A stretch of DNA of 32,000 bases from an uncultured Alphaproteobacteria bacterium. GTDB lineage: Bacteria; Pseudomonadota; Alphaproteobacteria; Rs-D84; CACZYB01. This document shows, piece after piece, positions 20,580-29,710 of this stretch. The stretch lies in assembly GCA_934246625.1 (NCBI GenBank), contig CAKQHZ010000003.1:38393-70392 (forward strand), in the 5' to 3' direction. The position numbers and the translations under genes were made by a program. Below the pieces are notes generated by a model. The model was not told where the DNA came from and did no database searches. It saw only the letters and a list, made by a program, of their open reading frames with translations. Position 1 is the first letter of the stretch; each line of letters begins with the position of its first letter.

Positions 20580-21305
20580 TTAATCATTTATAAATAAGAT
20601 TTCAACTGAATTTGTTTTATCCTTGTTATGAGTTTCATCTTCCAAAACCATAATCATAGTTTGTGAAGTTGGAATACCCTTATCAAGGAATATTTTTCTT
20701 GTATTAAGCAATCTTGAAAATGCAATATTTCTATCTGTATTATTTGTATAATAAGACATTATTTTCAATGTTGAGTTTTGATTGTCTTTTGCTTTTTGAA
20801 TCAAGGAAGAAACTTTTTTCACATCTGATTTTGAAACATCTTCTTGATTTGGTTTAAATTTTACAACAACATCAGGTGTCTTTTTCACAGGTTGTTTTAC
20901 AACTTCAACCTTATCTTCTGGTTTCAAAGGAGAAACAAAATCTTCTTCCTTTACTGAATTTGCCAATTTTTCAGCTGCCCTTAAAAGTTCTTTTGCTTCA
21001 TCAATATTTTTATCTGTTCTTACATCGTCATCATTTTTTTTAATCTCAGGCATAACATTATCATCTGAAATTTCAAGGTTATTGATTTCTTTAACTTCTG
21101 TTGTAGGTAAAACATCAATTACATAAATAGGCTTTGATGCAACAGATTTCAAAGTCAAAGTATCCTTAGGAGTGTCTGCCTTAAATTGTAAATTTTGTTT
21201 AACTGGATTTTTAAGTTTTACAGGTTCAAAAAATTTTAAATCACTTGCAAAAATATCATTTGCAAAACCTAATGTAAGAGTGAAAAATAATACAAACTTT
21301 TTCAT
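20580..21305 (-). CDS. Secreted protein of unknown function; C-terminal ~80 aa resemble a degenerate OmpA/MotB-like domain
   Basis: Signal peptide MKKFVLFFTLTLGFANDIFA. The middle region is rich in K, E and D. The tail LKIMSYYTNNTDRNIAFSRLLNTRKIFLDKGIPTSQ follows the OmpA_C residue pattern but lacks the usual G/H/D residues. Confidence 0.55.
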   Translation of the reverse strand: MKKFVLFFTLTLGFANDIFASDLKFFEPVKLKNPVKQNLQFKADTPKDTLTLKSVASKPIYVIDVLPTTEVKEINNLEISDDNVMPEIKKNDDDVRTDKNIDEAKELLRAAEKLANSVKEEDFVSPLKPEDKVEVVKQPVKKTPDVVVKFKPNQEDVSKSDVKKVSSLIQKAKDNQNSTLKIMSYYTNNTDRNIAFSRLLNTRKIFLDKGIPTSQTMIMVLEDETHNKDKTNSVEILFIND

Positions 21306-21331
21306 ATAATCCTCCTATATATTCCTAAATC

Positions 21332-22111
21332 TTACTTTATTATAATACTTGTTAATTCAGATTGTAAATAACTATTTCCACAAATAACCAAATCTGCTTC
21401 AAAAACTCTATCTGTGATTTTACCTTCTTTGTCATAAGCACGAATAATTGCACCTGCTTCCTTTGCAATCAATACACCAGCAGAAATATCAAATACATTC
21501 TTGCCCTTTCCAATATAGGCATCAATTATACCTGCTGACAAATAACCTAAATTTAAGGCATCAGTATTCAAATTTTGTAGGGATACATTAGTCTTTAACT
21601 TAATATCTTCTGGATTATTACCAGAATAAATAATAAGAGATTTTTTATAATCCTTTCTTGGTGATACACGAATTCTTCTTGTCATTCTTGTTTCACTAAG
21701 GAAAGCACCACCACCATTTTCTGCATAAAACATTTTATCAAGCACAGGATTATAAATCACCCCGGCAATAAGTTTCTTTTGTTCTTGAAGGGCTATTGAT
21801 ATAGAAAAGAAAGGAAAACCATGAACATAGTTTTCAAATCCATCAATAACATTGATAATAAATCTATGAGAAATATCACTACCTTTTATTTCAGAAGATG
21901 GAGTTAAAATTCCGTATTTAGGTCTTGCTTCTAAAAGGTTATCAATCAAAGTTTTTTCAATTTTTACCTTTGAAGCATTTGCAAAATTTTCACTACCATT
22001 GATAGAAGATTGAAGTTGCTCAATTTCACCAAAATCTCTTAACATAAACCTTGCGATTTTTTGACACACATTTGTCATTATATGTAAGTTTGCAGATAAA
22101 TTTGTTTCCAT
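21332..22111 (-). CDS. suhB: Inositol monophosphatase family protein (SuhB-like) with divergent active-site motifs
   Basis: Overall collinearity with SuhB (FFSISIAL, GVIYNP, FDISAGVLIAKEAGA). The metal-binding motifs are altered; see findings. Confidence 0.8.
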   Translation of the reverse strand: METNLSANLHIMTNVCQKIARFMLRDFGEIEQLQSSINGSENFANASKVKIEKTLIDNLLEARPKYGILTPSSEIKGSDISHRFIINVIDGFENYVHGFPFFSISIALQEQKKLIAGVIYNPVLDKMFYAENGGGAFLSETRMTRRIRVSPRKDYKKSLIIYSGNNPEDIKLKTNVSLQNLNTDALNLGYLSAGIIDAYIGKGKNVFDISAGVLIAKEAGAIIRAYDKEGKITDRVFEADLVICGNSYLQSELTSIIIK

Positions 22112-22175
22112 TTTACAACTCCTATTTACGATTTTATTTAATATATAAAATTAGATTATAAAAAAATTTTTATTT

Positions 22176-22205
22176 TTGCAAGCAAATTTTCAAAGAAAAG
22201 ATAAT
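22176..22205 (+). promoter_or_regulatory. Sigma70-like promoter TTGCAA-N18-GATAAT for gpmI
   Basis: Hexamers read directly from the sequence. The spacing is 1 nt longer than optimal. Confidence 0.35.
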
Positions 22206-22289
22206 ATTCTTTTTACAAAGTTGTAATTGATTTTCACTTTCAAAAGTTTTAAGATAATAAAATATTAAATAAAAAAATAGGAGATAATT

Positions 22290-23813
22290 ATGGAAAAAAT
22301 AAAACCTGTAGTTTTATGTATTCTTGATGGTTGGGGTTATAACCCAAGCAAGGTTGGTAATGCTATTGAACTTGCACAAACACCAAATTGGCACAGAATG
22401 TTAAAGGAATATCCTCATAATCTTATTGAGGCAAGTGGTGAAGCCGTAGGACTTCCAGAAGGTCAAATGGGTAATTCCGAAGTTGGCCATACAAACATTG
22501 GTGCTGGTCGTGTTGTAATGCAACTTCTTGGTATGATTGAACAATCAATCAAAAATGACACATTAAAGGACAACGAATATCTAAAGGAATTTGTTGAAAC
22601 TGTAAAATCAAATGGTGGAGCATGCCATCTTTTGGGACTTCTTTCAGATGGTGGTGTTCACGCACATATAAAACATATTATTGCTCTTGCAAAGGCTATT
22701 GAAACATCAGGTATCAAAATTTATTTCCATGCAATTACAGATGGTCGTGATACACCTCCATCATCAGCAGTTCAATATATGGAAGAATTTTTAAATGCAA
22801 CAAAGGAGCTTTCAAATTTAACAGTTGCAACTGTTTCTGGACGTTATTATGCAATGGACCGAAACAAAACATGGGACAGAACTAAACTTGCCTATGATGC
22901 AATGGTTGAAGGTAAAACAATCAATAAATTCACAAATCCTATTGATGCAATAAAGGAATCTTATGCAAATGGTAAAACCGACGAATTTATTGTTCCAACT
23001 GCACTTGAAGGATACAATGGTATGACAGACGGAGACGGAGTTTTAATTGCAAACTTCCGAGCTGACCGTGTTCGTCAAATTGCTGATGCCTTGGCAAATC
23101 CAGAATTTAATCAATTCGAACGAGACAAAGTTGTAAAATTCTCTGCACTCCTTGGTATGGCAGAATATTCAGTAGAACTCGACAAATTCTATAAAACACT
23201 ATTCCCAGCCCAAGCATTAAAGAACATTTTTGGTGAAGTAATTGCAAAAGAAGGTCTTTGTCAACTTCGCATTGCGGAAACTGAAAAATATGCACACGTA
23301 ACATTCTTCTTTAATGGTGGCGAAGAAAAAACATTTAATTGTGAAGAAAGAATTTTAATTCCATCACCTGCTGTTGCAACTTATGATTTAAAACCTGAAA
23401 TGTCAGCTTATGAAATCACAGAAAATCTTGAAAAAGTAATTGCAGAAGACAAGTTTGATGTAATAATTGTAAACTATGCAAACGGAGATATGGTTGGACA
23501 TACTGGTATCGAAGAAGCTGCACAAAAGGCTGCTGTTGCAATCGATAATTGTATTGCACGTCTTGAAAAGGCTGTTCTTGCAAAACATGGGGTTCTTCTT
23601 ATTACTGCAGACCATGGTAATGCAGAAAAAATGCTTGATGAAAATGGTAAACCATTTACAGCACATACAACAAACCCTGTGGAAGTAATTTTGATTGGTA
23701 TGGATAATGTAAAGGAACTTAAAAGAGGAAAACTTGCTGATATAGCACCTACTCTTTTAAAAATTCTTGAAATTAAACAACCAACAGAAATGACAGGAAA
23801 ATCTTTATTCTAA
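22290..23813 (+). CDS. gpmI: 2,3-bisphosphoglycerate-independent phosphoglycerate mutase
   Basis: VLCILDGWG, MGNSEVGHTNIGAGR, ITDGRDTPP and ITADHGNAE. 507 aa. Confidence 0.95.
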   Translation: MEKIKPVVLCILDGWGYNPSKVGNAIELAQTPNWHRMLKEYPHNLIEASGEAVGLPEGQMGNSEVGHTNIGAGRVVMQLLGMIEQSIKNDTLKDNEYLKEFVETVKSNGGACHLLGLLSDGGVHAHIKHIIALAKAIETSGIKIYFHAITDGRDTPPSSAVQYMEEFLNATKELSNLTVATVSGRYYAMDRNKTWDRTKLAYDAMVEGKTINKFTNPIDAIKESYANGKTDEFIVPTALEGYNGMTDGDGVLIANFRADRVRQIADALANPEFNQFERDKVVKFSALLGMAEYSVELDKFYKTLFPAQALKNIFGEVIAKEGLCQLRIAETEKYAHVTFFFNGGEEKTFNCEERILIPSPAVATYDLKPEMSAYEITENLEKVIAEDKFDVIIVNYANGDMVGHTGIEEAAQKAAVAIDNCIARLEKAVLAKHGVLLITADHGNAEKMLDENGKPFTAHTTNPVEVILIGMDNVKELKRGKLADIAPTLLKILEIKQPTEMTGKSLF

Positions 23814-23815
23814 TA

Positions 23816-23850
23816 AAAAATAAAGCCCCTTTTAAAAGGGGCTTTATTTA
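23816..23850. terminator. Bidirectional terminator between gpmI and the HD-GYP gene
   Basis: Perfect palindrome AAAGCCCCTTTT/AAAAGGGGCTTT flanked by A- and T-runs. Confidence 0.85.
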
Positions 23851-24627
23851 CATAGCCTTTTGATTATATAAAACTTGATTAAAAAGAAGTTCTACATCAT
23901 TATCAATAAAAACCTTCAAAATCTTATCCCAATTTTTATCGACAATTTCTATTACATACGGATCAAATTCAATCCCTATATTTGAATATAAATATTGTAA
24001 AGTTTTTGCAGGAGTCCACGGTTGCTTATAAACTCTTGTCCCCATCAGTGCAGAAATTACATCTGCCACTTTTGCAACCTTACCTAAAAATGAAATTTTA
24101 TCACCCTTTATTCCATTTGGATAACCTGAACCATCAAGATTTTCATGATGTGTTTTTATAATATTGATAGCTGTCAAATAAATATATTTTTCAGCAACAC
24201 TTGTAATTTGCTTTCCATTATACATACTTGTAATAATATTAACACCAGCATTAACATGATTTTTAATAATTTCAAAATCCTTATCAGATAATCGACCATT
24301 AAAATCAAGTATATTTGTGTCAATAAATGCCTTACCAATATCATGATATTCATAAATAAAAGCCAAAGTTTCAGTATCAAAAATATTCAAAACTTTTTTA
24401 CTAAAAGCATCAAGAGGAATTTCCTTAAAATTCGCATTTGATAAAATAATATTTGCAATTTGATGAACTTCACGTGAATGTTTTGCTAAATCAATACTTT
24501 TTGATTTAATTACAGAAGATATCCAAGCAAACTCTTGAGCAGTTTGTATACGGATAGACGGGCAATTACTATTTTCACTATTATTTTTCATAAAACATAA
24601 AATATCACAAAAAAGGACATCTTTCAA
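23848..24627 (-). CDS. Stand-alone HD-GYP domain phosphohydrolase (cyclic-dinucleotide phosphodiesterase family)
   Basis: HD motif YEYHDIGK, HHENLDGSGYPNG, and VADVISALMGTRVYK. No receiver or other sensor domain is visible. The start is uncertain: M1 at 24627 or M13 at 24591, neither with a clear RBS. Confidence 0.8.
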   Translation of the reverse strand: MKDVLFCDILCFMKNNSENSNCPSIRIQTAQEFAWISSVIKSKSIDLAKHSREVHQIANIILSNANFKEIPLDAFSKKVLNIFDTETLAFIYEYHDIGKAFIDTNILDFNGRLSDKDFEIIKNHVNAGVNIITSMYNGKQITSVAEKYIYLTAINIIKTHHENLDGSGYPNGIKGDKISFLGKVAKVADVISALMGTRVYKQPWTPAKTLQYLYSNIGIEFDPYVIEIVDKNWDKILKVFIDNDVELLFNQVLYNQKAM

Positions 24628-24647
24628 ATATTTTATAAAAAAATTTT

Positions 24648-26663
24648 TTACATAAAGTTATATGGGTCAATATCAATCTTTATTTTCACAGATGAAGGCA
24701 CAAGAACAAAAGAAAACCATTTTTTTATAATATCTTGAATTTTCTTATTTTTATCAACAATCATTAAAAAACGTTTTCTGTAATTTTTTTTAAGAAGTGC
24801 AATAGGAGCATCAATAGGTCCAAAACAAGAAACTCCGTCCAGATTATTTGGTGCACATTTTGCAAGATTATAACAAAATGTATTTAAAATATCCCTGTTT
24901 TTCGCAGATAACACTATGCTTGCGAGCTTTGAAAAAGGTGGCATATTTGCAATTTCTCGATTCGCAAGCTCTTCTTTAAAAAACGAATCTCTATCATTAT
25001 TTTTTATTGCCTGCATCACTGGATTATCAGGATTAAATGTTTGAATAACAACCTCACCTTTTTTCTCACCACGTCCCGCACGCCCAGAAACCTGTGTCAA
25101 AAGTTGAAAAGTATTTTCATTTGCACGTAAATCTGCACCACCAAAACTCATATCACCATCAACAACACCAACCAATGTCAAATCAGGAAAATGATGCCCC
25201 TTCACAACAATCTGTGTTCCAATAATAATATCAACCTCACGATTTTCAATTTGCTTAATTATTTCATTAAGTCGAGTTTGAGAAGTTATATTATCGGACG
25301 AAATCGTTGTAATTCTGGCATTTGGAAAACGATTTTTCACTTCCTCTTCGATTCGCTCAATCCCAGGTCCACACAAAAACCAACTATTTTCCTTTTCACA
25401 TTCTGGACAATGAGATGGAAGTTTTGCACTATATCCACAATGATGACAATAACATCTGGTATTATCCTTATTATGTGCAGTTAAATACACACTACAATTC
25501 GGACATTGAATTCTGTATCCACAAGATGAACATAAAACAAGTGGAGCATAACCTCGCCTGTTTATATAAAGCATAACTTGATTTCCAAGTTTTAAGTTAT
25601 CCTCAATTTTTTTAACCAAAACATTTGAAAGCCAACTTTGCCCCCATTCTTGTTTTTCAGGTTTATTATTCCTCAAATCAATAAGGTCAATTTTTGGCAT
25701 CACAGCTTCACCATATCTTGAAGTCAATTTCACAGACGAATATTTACCATTTTTAACATTATTAAGTGTTTCAATAGATGGTGTAGCAGATGCAAGTATA
25801 ATAGGTATTTTATCAATAGATGCCTTTAACACAGCCATATCTCGACCTTGATAAATCACATTATCTTCTTGTTTATAAGAGCCATCGTGTTCTTCATCAA
25901 GGACAATAAGACAAAGATTTTTATATGGAAGGAAAAGCGAAGACCTTGTTCCAACAATAACCTTTGCATCACCATTCACAACTGCCTTCCAATTATCACG
26001 ACGTTGAGCCTTTGTAATCCCGCTATGCCACAAAACAGGTTTAATTTTAAACCTTGCTTCAAACTTACTTAAAAATTGTCCAGTCAAAGATATTTCAGGA
26101 AGCATTATCAAAATTTGATTATTTGGATTTTTTAATGCCTCACTTACAACTTTAAAATAAACTTCGGTTTTACCACTTCCTGTAATACCATCAAGAAGTG
26201 ATACAGAAAAACCATTATTAAGTTTTGATGACAACTCAATCGAAGCATTTTTTTGCTCTGTTGTCAATTCAACTTCACTATAAGACGGAATATAATTTAT
26301 ATTTTTCTTTTCTCGCTTTACCTTATCAAAAATACCATCAAAACCGATAACCATTTTCAAAACATTACCCAAAGAGGAAAGATTATATTCTGCAACTTTT
26401 TTGATAAAAGTAATTTGATTTTGTGATAGATTATAACCATCAATTTTATTTGAAATAAATTTTACCTTTGAAATATCATATCCCAAAGGTTCGTTATTTT
26501 CAGAAATAATTACACCAACTTCTTGTTTCAAACGAAACGGAACATACACATAATCACCAATAAAAAACTCACCTTCATCTGGGATAATATAGTCATAACC
26601 ATCACTGTTAAGTGAAAGTAAAACTTTAACAATTTGCCCAGATGAAAGTTTTGTATTTTCCAT
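24648..26663 (-). CDS. priA: Primosomal replication-restart helicase PriA
   Basis: Walker A GITGSGKTEVY, DEEHD, and the Cys-rich zinc region CSSCGYRIQCPNCSVYLTAH...CHHCGY...CPEC. Its ATG overlaps the queA stop (TAATG). Confidence 0.95.
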   Translation of the reverse strand: MENTKLSSGQIVKVLLSLNSDGYDYIIPDEGEFFIGDYVYVPFRLKQEVGVIISENNEPLGYDISKVKFISNKIDGYNLSQNQITFIKKVAEYNLSSLGNVLKMVIGFDGIFDKVKREKKNINYIPSYSEVELTTEQKNASIELSSKLNNGFSVSLLDGITGSGKTEVYFKVVSEALKNPNNQILIMLPEISLTGQFLSKFEARFKIKPVLWHSGITKAQRRDNWKAVVNGDAKVIVGTRSSLFLPYKNLCLIVLDEEHDGSYKQEDNVIYQGRDMAVLKASIDKIPIILASATPSIETLNNVKNGKYSSVKLTSRYGEAVMPKIDLIDLRNNKPEKQEWGQSWLSNVLVKKIEDNLKLGNQVMLYINRRGYAPLVLCSSCGYRIQCPNCSVYLTAHNKDNTRCYCHHCGYSAKLPSHCPECEKENSWFLCGPGIERIEEEVKNRFPNARITTISSDNITSQTRLNEIIKQIENREVDIIIGTQIVVKGHHFPDLTLVGVVDGDMSFGGADLRANENTFQLLTQVSGRAGRGEKKGEVVIQTFNPDNPVMQAIKNNDRDSFFKEELANREIANMPPFSKLASIVLSAKNRDILNTFCYNLAKCAPNNLDGVSCFGPIDAPIALLKKNYRKRFLMIVDKNKKIQDIIKKWFSFVLVPSSVKIKIDIDPYNFM

Positions 26664-27688
26664 TAGTTAGACTTTCTTTTTAAAAGTGAAGCATCACCAT
26701 AAGAATAGAAGCGATAATCATTTTCTTTTGCAAATTCATACGCTTTTTTCATTTCATCAATACCTGCAAAAGCACACACCAACATAAACAAAGTTGATTT
26801 AGGCAAATGGAAATTTGTCATCAAATAATCAACAGATTTAAAATTATATGGTGGAGTTATAAATATATCTGTTTCACGTTCAAATGGTTCAATAAATCCA
26901 TCATCATTTACAGCAGATTCCAAAAGTCTTAAACTGGTTGTTCCAACAGCAACAATTTTTCGACCTTCACGTTTTGCTTTATTGATTCGGTCTGCAACCT
27001 CCTTTGTAATAATACCAAATTCAGAATGCATTTTATGGTCCTTTGTATCTTCCACCTTCACAGGTTGAAAAGTTCCCGCACCAACATGCAAAGTCAAATA
27101 TTCTATTTCAACACCCTTTGATTTTAACTTTTCCATCAATTCAGTTGTAAAATGAAGTCCAGCAGTCGGAGCAGCCACAGCCCCCTCCACTGACGCATAA
27201 ACGGTTTGATAATTTTCTTCATCTTCCTTTGTTGCTTCTCTTTTTAAATAAGGAGGAAGAGGCAACACACCAATATCATGAAGTGTTGCAAAGAAATCTG
27301 CACCACCCCTATTAAATTTTAATTCAACACCACTTTCACCTTGTTTTGAAAGAACGGTTCCTGTTAATCCTTCTTTAAAAGTCAATACATCACCAACATT
27401 TAATTTTTTTGAATTTCGAATAAAGGCAAGCCAAGTATCAATATTTATATTTTTATGAAGCATAACTTCATAATGTCTTTCCTTACAATCACCATAAATT
27501 CGAGCAGGAATAACCTTTGTATCATTAAAAACCATCACACAATTTTCAGGCAAAATTTCACACAAATCTTTTACTTTTTTATTTTCCAATGATGGCACCA
27601 AAAGAAGTTTTGCCTCATCACGTTTTTTAACTGGTTCCTTTGCAATAAAAGATTCAGGTAAATCAAAATCAAAAAAATCAACACGCAT
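26663..27688 (-). CDS. queA: S-adenosylmethionine:tRNA ribosyltransferase-isomerase
   Basis: MRVDFFDFDLPESFIAKEP, GAVAAPTAGLHFT, VGAGTF and AVGTTSLRLLES. Confidence 0.95.
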   Translation of the reverse strand: MRVDFFDFDLPESFIAKEPVKKRDEAKLLLVPSLENKKVKDLCEILPENCVMVFNDTKVIPARIYGDCKERHYEVMLHKNINIDTWLAFIRNSKKLNVGDVLTFKEGLTGTVLSKQGESGVELKFNRGGADFFATLHDIGVLPLPPYLKREATKEDEENYQTVYASVEGAVAAPTAGLHFTTELMEKLKSKGVEIEYLTLHVGAGTFQPVKVEDTKDHKMHSEFGIITKEVADRINKAKREGRKIVAVGTTSLRLLESAVNDDGFIEPFERETDIFITPPYNFKSVDYLMTNFHLPKSTLFMLVCAFAGIDEMKKAYEFAKENDYRFYSYGDASLLKRKSN

Positions 27689-27761
27689 TTTAAATCTCCT
27701 TTATAAATACAAAGGAATTATGATATTAAAAAAATAAACTGTCAAGGAAACTTATCTAAAT

Positions 27762-28082
27762 TTATCGTGTATGACCAAGGAAATAATCCTTTATATTGTT
27801 AAGATATTTTGTTTCATTTTCAAAATTATTATTTGGTATACCAATAAACCACTTCCAATAAGTAATAGCCATAAAGAATTTTTTTAATTTTGTTAAATCT
27901 GAAAGCATTTTTATCAAAAAATCTTCTTTATCAACCGATTTGATATATTCAGATATAATTTCCTTATCAAGATAATTTTGACAATGTTTTGTATGACACT
28001 TATCATTTTCACAATGATGACATTTATGTGTTTCAATAAAATCTAAAATAGTTTTTAAATCGTCATATTCTAAAATATACAT
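27762..28082 (-). CDS. Small Cys/His-rich protein of unknown function (106 aa)
   Basis: TAAGGAG RBS, with its own promoter (TTGACA at 28141-28136, then N18-TAAATT). The metal-ligand cluster is HKCHHCENDKCHTKHC. Confidence 0.55.
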   Translation of the reverse strand: MYILEYDDLKTILDFIETHKCHHCENDKCHTKHCQNYLDKEIISEYIKSVDKEDFLIKMLSDLTKLKKFFMAITYWKWFIGIPNNNFENETKYLNNIKDYFLGHTR

Positions 28083-28111
28083 AAAAAACTCCTTATTAAA
28101 CTAACTTAAGG

Positions 28112-28141
28112 AATTTACACAAAATTTTCTATAGCTGTCAA
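28112..28141 (-). promoter_or_regulatory. Sigma70-like promoter TTGACA-N18-TAAATT for the Cys/His-rich gene
   Basis: Consensus -35 hexamer lying 1 nt downstream of the amiC-like stop codon. Confidence 0.45.
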
Positions 28142-28142
28142 G

Positions 28143-29378
28143 TTAATCTTTTAGGATTTTATCTATTGCCCTAGACAAAGAGTAAGCTAGCTTTTCCCTA
28201 TACCATTTTTGATTAAGTTTTCTTTCCTCATCTTTATTTGAAAGAAAGCCCATTTCAACAAGTGCAGATGGCACAGCAGAACGAAGCACAGTAAATGGAG
28301 CTTCACGGCTTGGATTATCAACACATAAAACATCTTGTTTTACTTGCTTTACAATTTCATCTGCCATTTCCACAGATGCAATTTTTACCTGTGTTTGCAT
28401 TAAATCACCAAGAATATTTTTCGTAACTGCATCATAACTGTTGAATGTGCCAATACCCAATAAATCAGACGCATTTTCCTTTTCTGCAATCTTTTTTGAC
28501 TCCTCATCAGTTGCACGTTCAGACAAAGTATAAATTGAAAAACCCTTTGTCGTTTTTTTCGGACTGCTATCCGCATGAATAGAAAGGAACAATGTTGCAT
28601 TATTTCTTTCTGCAATTGCAGAACGTTCTCTTAAAGGTAAGAAAATATCAGTATCACGAGTCAAAATAACTTTATATTGTGGATTTTTTTTCAAAATATC
28701 CCTAAGTTGCTTTGCCATACTTAAAACAATATGTTTTTCCTGCGTTCCACCATATCCAATCGCACCTGGATCCTTTCCACCATGACCAGCATCAATCACA
28801 ATAATTTTAGGCTTATTTACTTTAGGTTTATTTTGTTTCGAAGTTTTCACAACTTTCTTTATTTCAACTTTTTTGGTTGTTGTTTTACTATCCGAAGAAA
28901 TTTCAACCTCTATACTACCCTTTGCTGAAACAATAGTCCTATTTTGCTTCACCAAATTTGCAAATTCTTCATTTGTTGCATTTTCAATATCAATAACAAA
29001 TCTATAGTTTCCATCTTTTGACACAGGATTAAGGACAAAATCACGTTTAACCTTTGCATTATTTGCTAAATCAATAACAAATCTTGCCGTTGTTTTATCA
29101 AAAACCCCCGCACGAACATCTTTTATAAATCCACTTTTAGAAGATTCTTTTTTAAGTTTTGAAATCCCCAAATTATCAACATCAACAACAATTCTATTTG
29201 GATTTGAAAGATAAAATATATTATAAGAAGGATTTTTTGATGTTTCCAAAACAAATCGTGAAACATTTCCCGATTGGATTCCTGTTCGAAAAACAACAGC
29301 TTCATTTGCCATAACAAAATTTGGCATAACAAAAAGCATAAAAATCATAGAAATATATAATTTTATTTTTCTAAACAC
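28143..29378 (-). CDS. amiC: N-acetylmuramoyl-L-alanine amidase with an N-terminal AMIN domain (AmiC-like)
   Basis: Signal peptide. AMIN-like segment FRTGIQSGNVSRFVLE...NRIVVDVDN. Amidase_3 motifs VIDAGHGGKDPGA and FLSIHADS. GTG start with a GAGGAAGGA RBS. Confidence 0.88.
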   Translation of the reverse strand: MFRKIKLYISMIFMLFVMPNFVMANEAVVFRTGIQSGNVSRFVLETSKNPSYNIFYLSNPNRIVVDVDNLGISKLKKESSKSGFIKDVRAGVFDKTTARFVIDLANNAKVKRDFVLNPVSKDGNYRFVIDIENATNEEFANLVKQNRTIVSAKGSIEVEISSDSKTTTKKVEIKKVVKTSKQNKPKVNKPKIIVIDAGHGGKDPGAIGYGGTQEKHIVLSMAKQLRDILKKNPQYKVILTRDTDIFLPLRERSAIAERNNATLFLSIHADSSPKKTTKGFSIYTLSERATDEESKKIAEKENASDLLGIGTFNSYDAVTKNILGDLMQTQVKIASVEMADEIVKQVKQDVLCVDNPSREAPFTVLRSAVPSALVEMGFLSNKDEERKLNQKWYREKLAYSLSRAIDKILKD

Positions 29379-29466
29379 TGCTAAATTTCCTTCCTCTACG
29401 AAACATTTCTTAAATTATAAAACTAAAATAAAAAAAATAAAAGGAATTTTATAAAAAATAAAAAAC

Positions 29467-29494
29467 TTGTAAATAAATAATTTTTATATATACT
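29467..29494 (+). promoter_or_regulatory. Candidate rne promoter TTGTAA-N16-TATACT, implying a ~210-nt leader
   Basis: Hexamers read directly from the sequence. In such AT-rich DNA this is only a candidate. Confidence 0.3.
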
Positions 29495-29710
29495 AATAAA
29501 AGTTAAACAAATTAAAGAAACAAATGTTAAAATTATTAAGAAATTTTCTAAAAAATATAAATGTTCTATCTAATGGCGATAAAACATTGGAATATTTTTG
29601 TTTGTTTAACACTACTTATAGTGCTCCCCTTTTCGCACTATATAATATGACACAAAAAGATTTTTATAATATAAAGATAAATAAAAAATTAAATTGGAGA
29701 TTGAAAAAAA

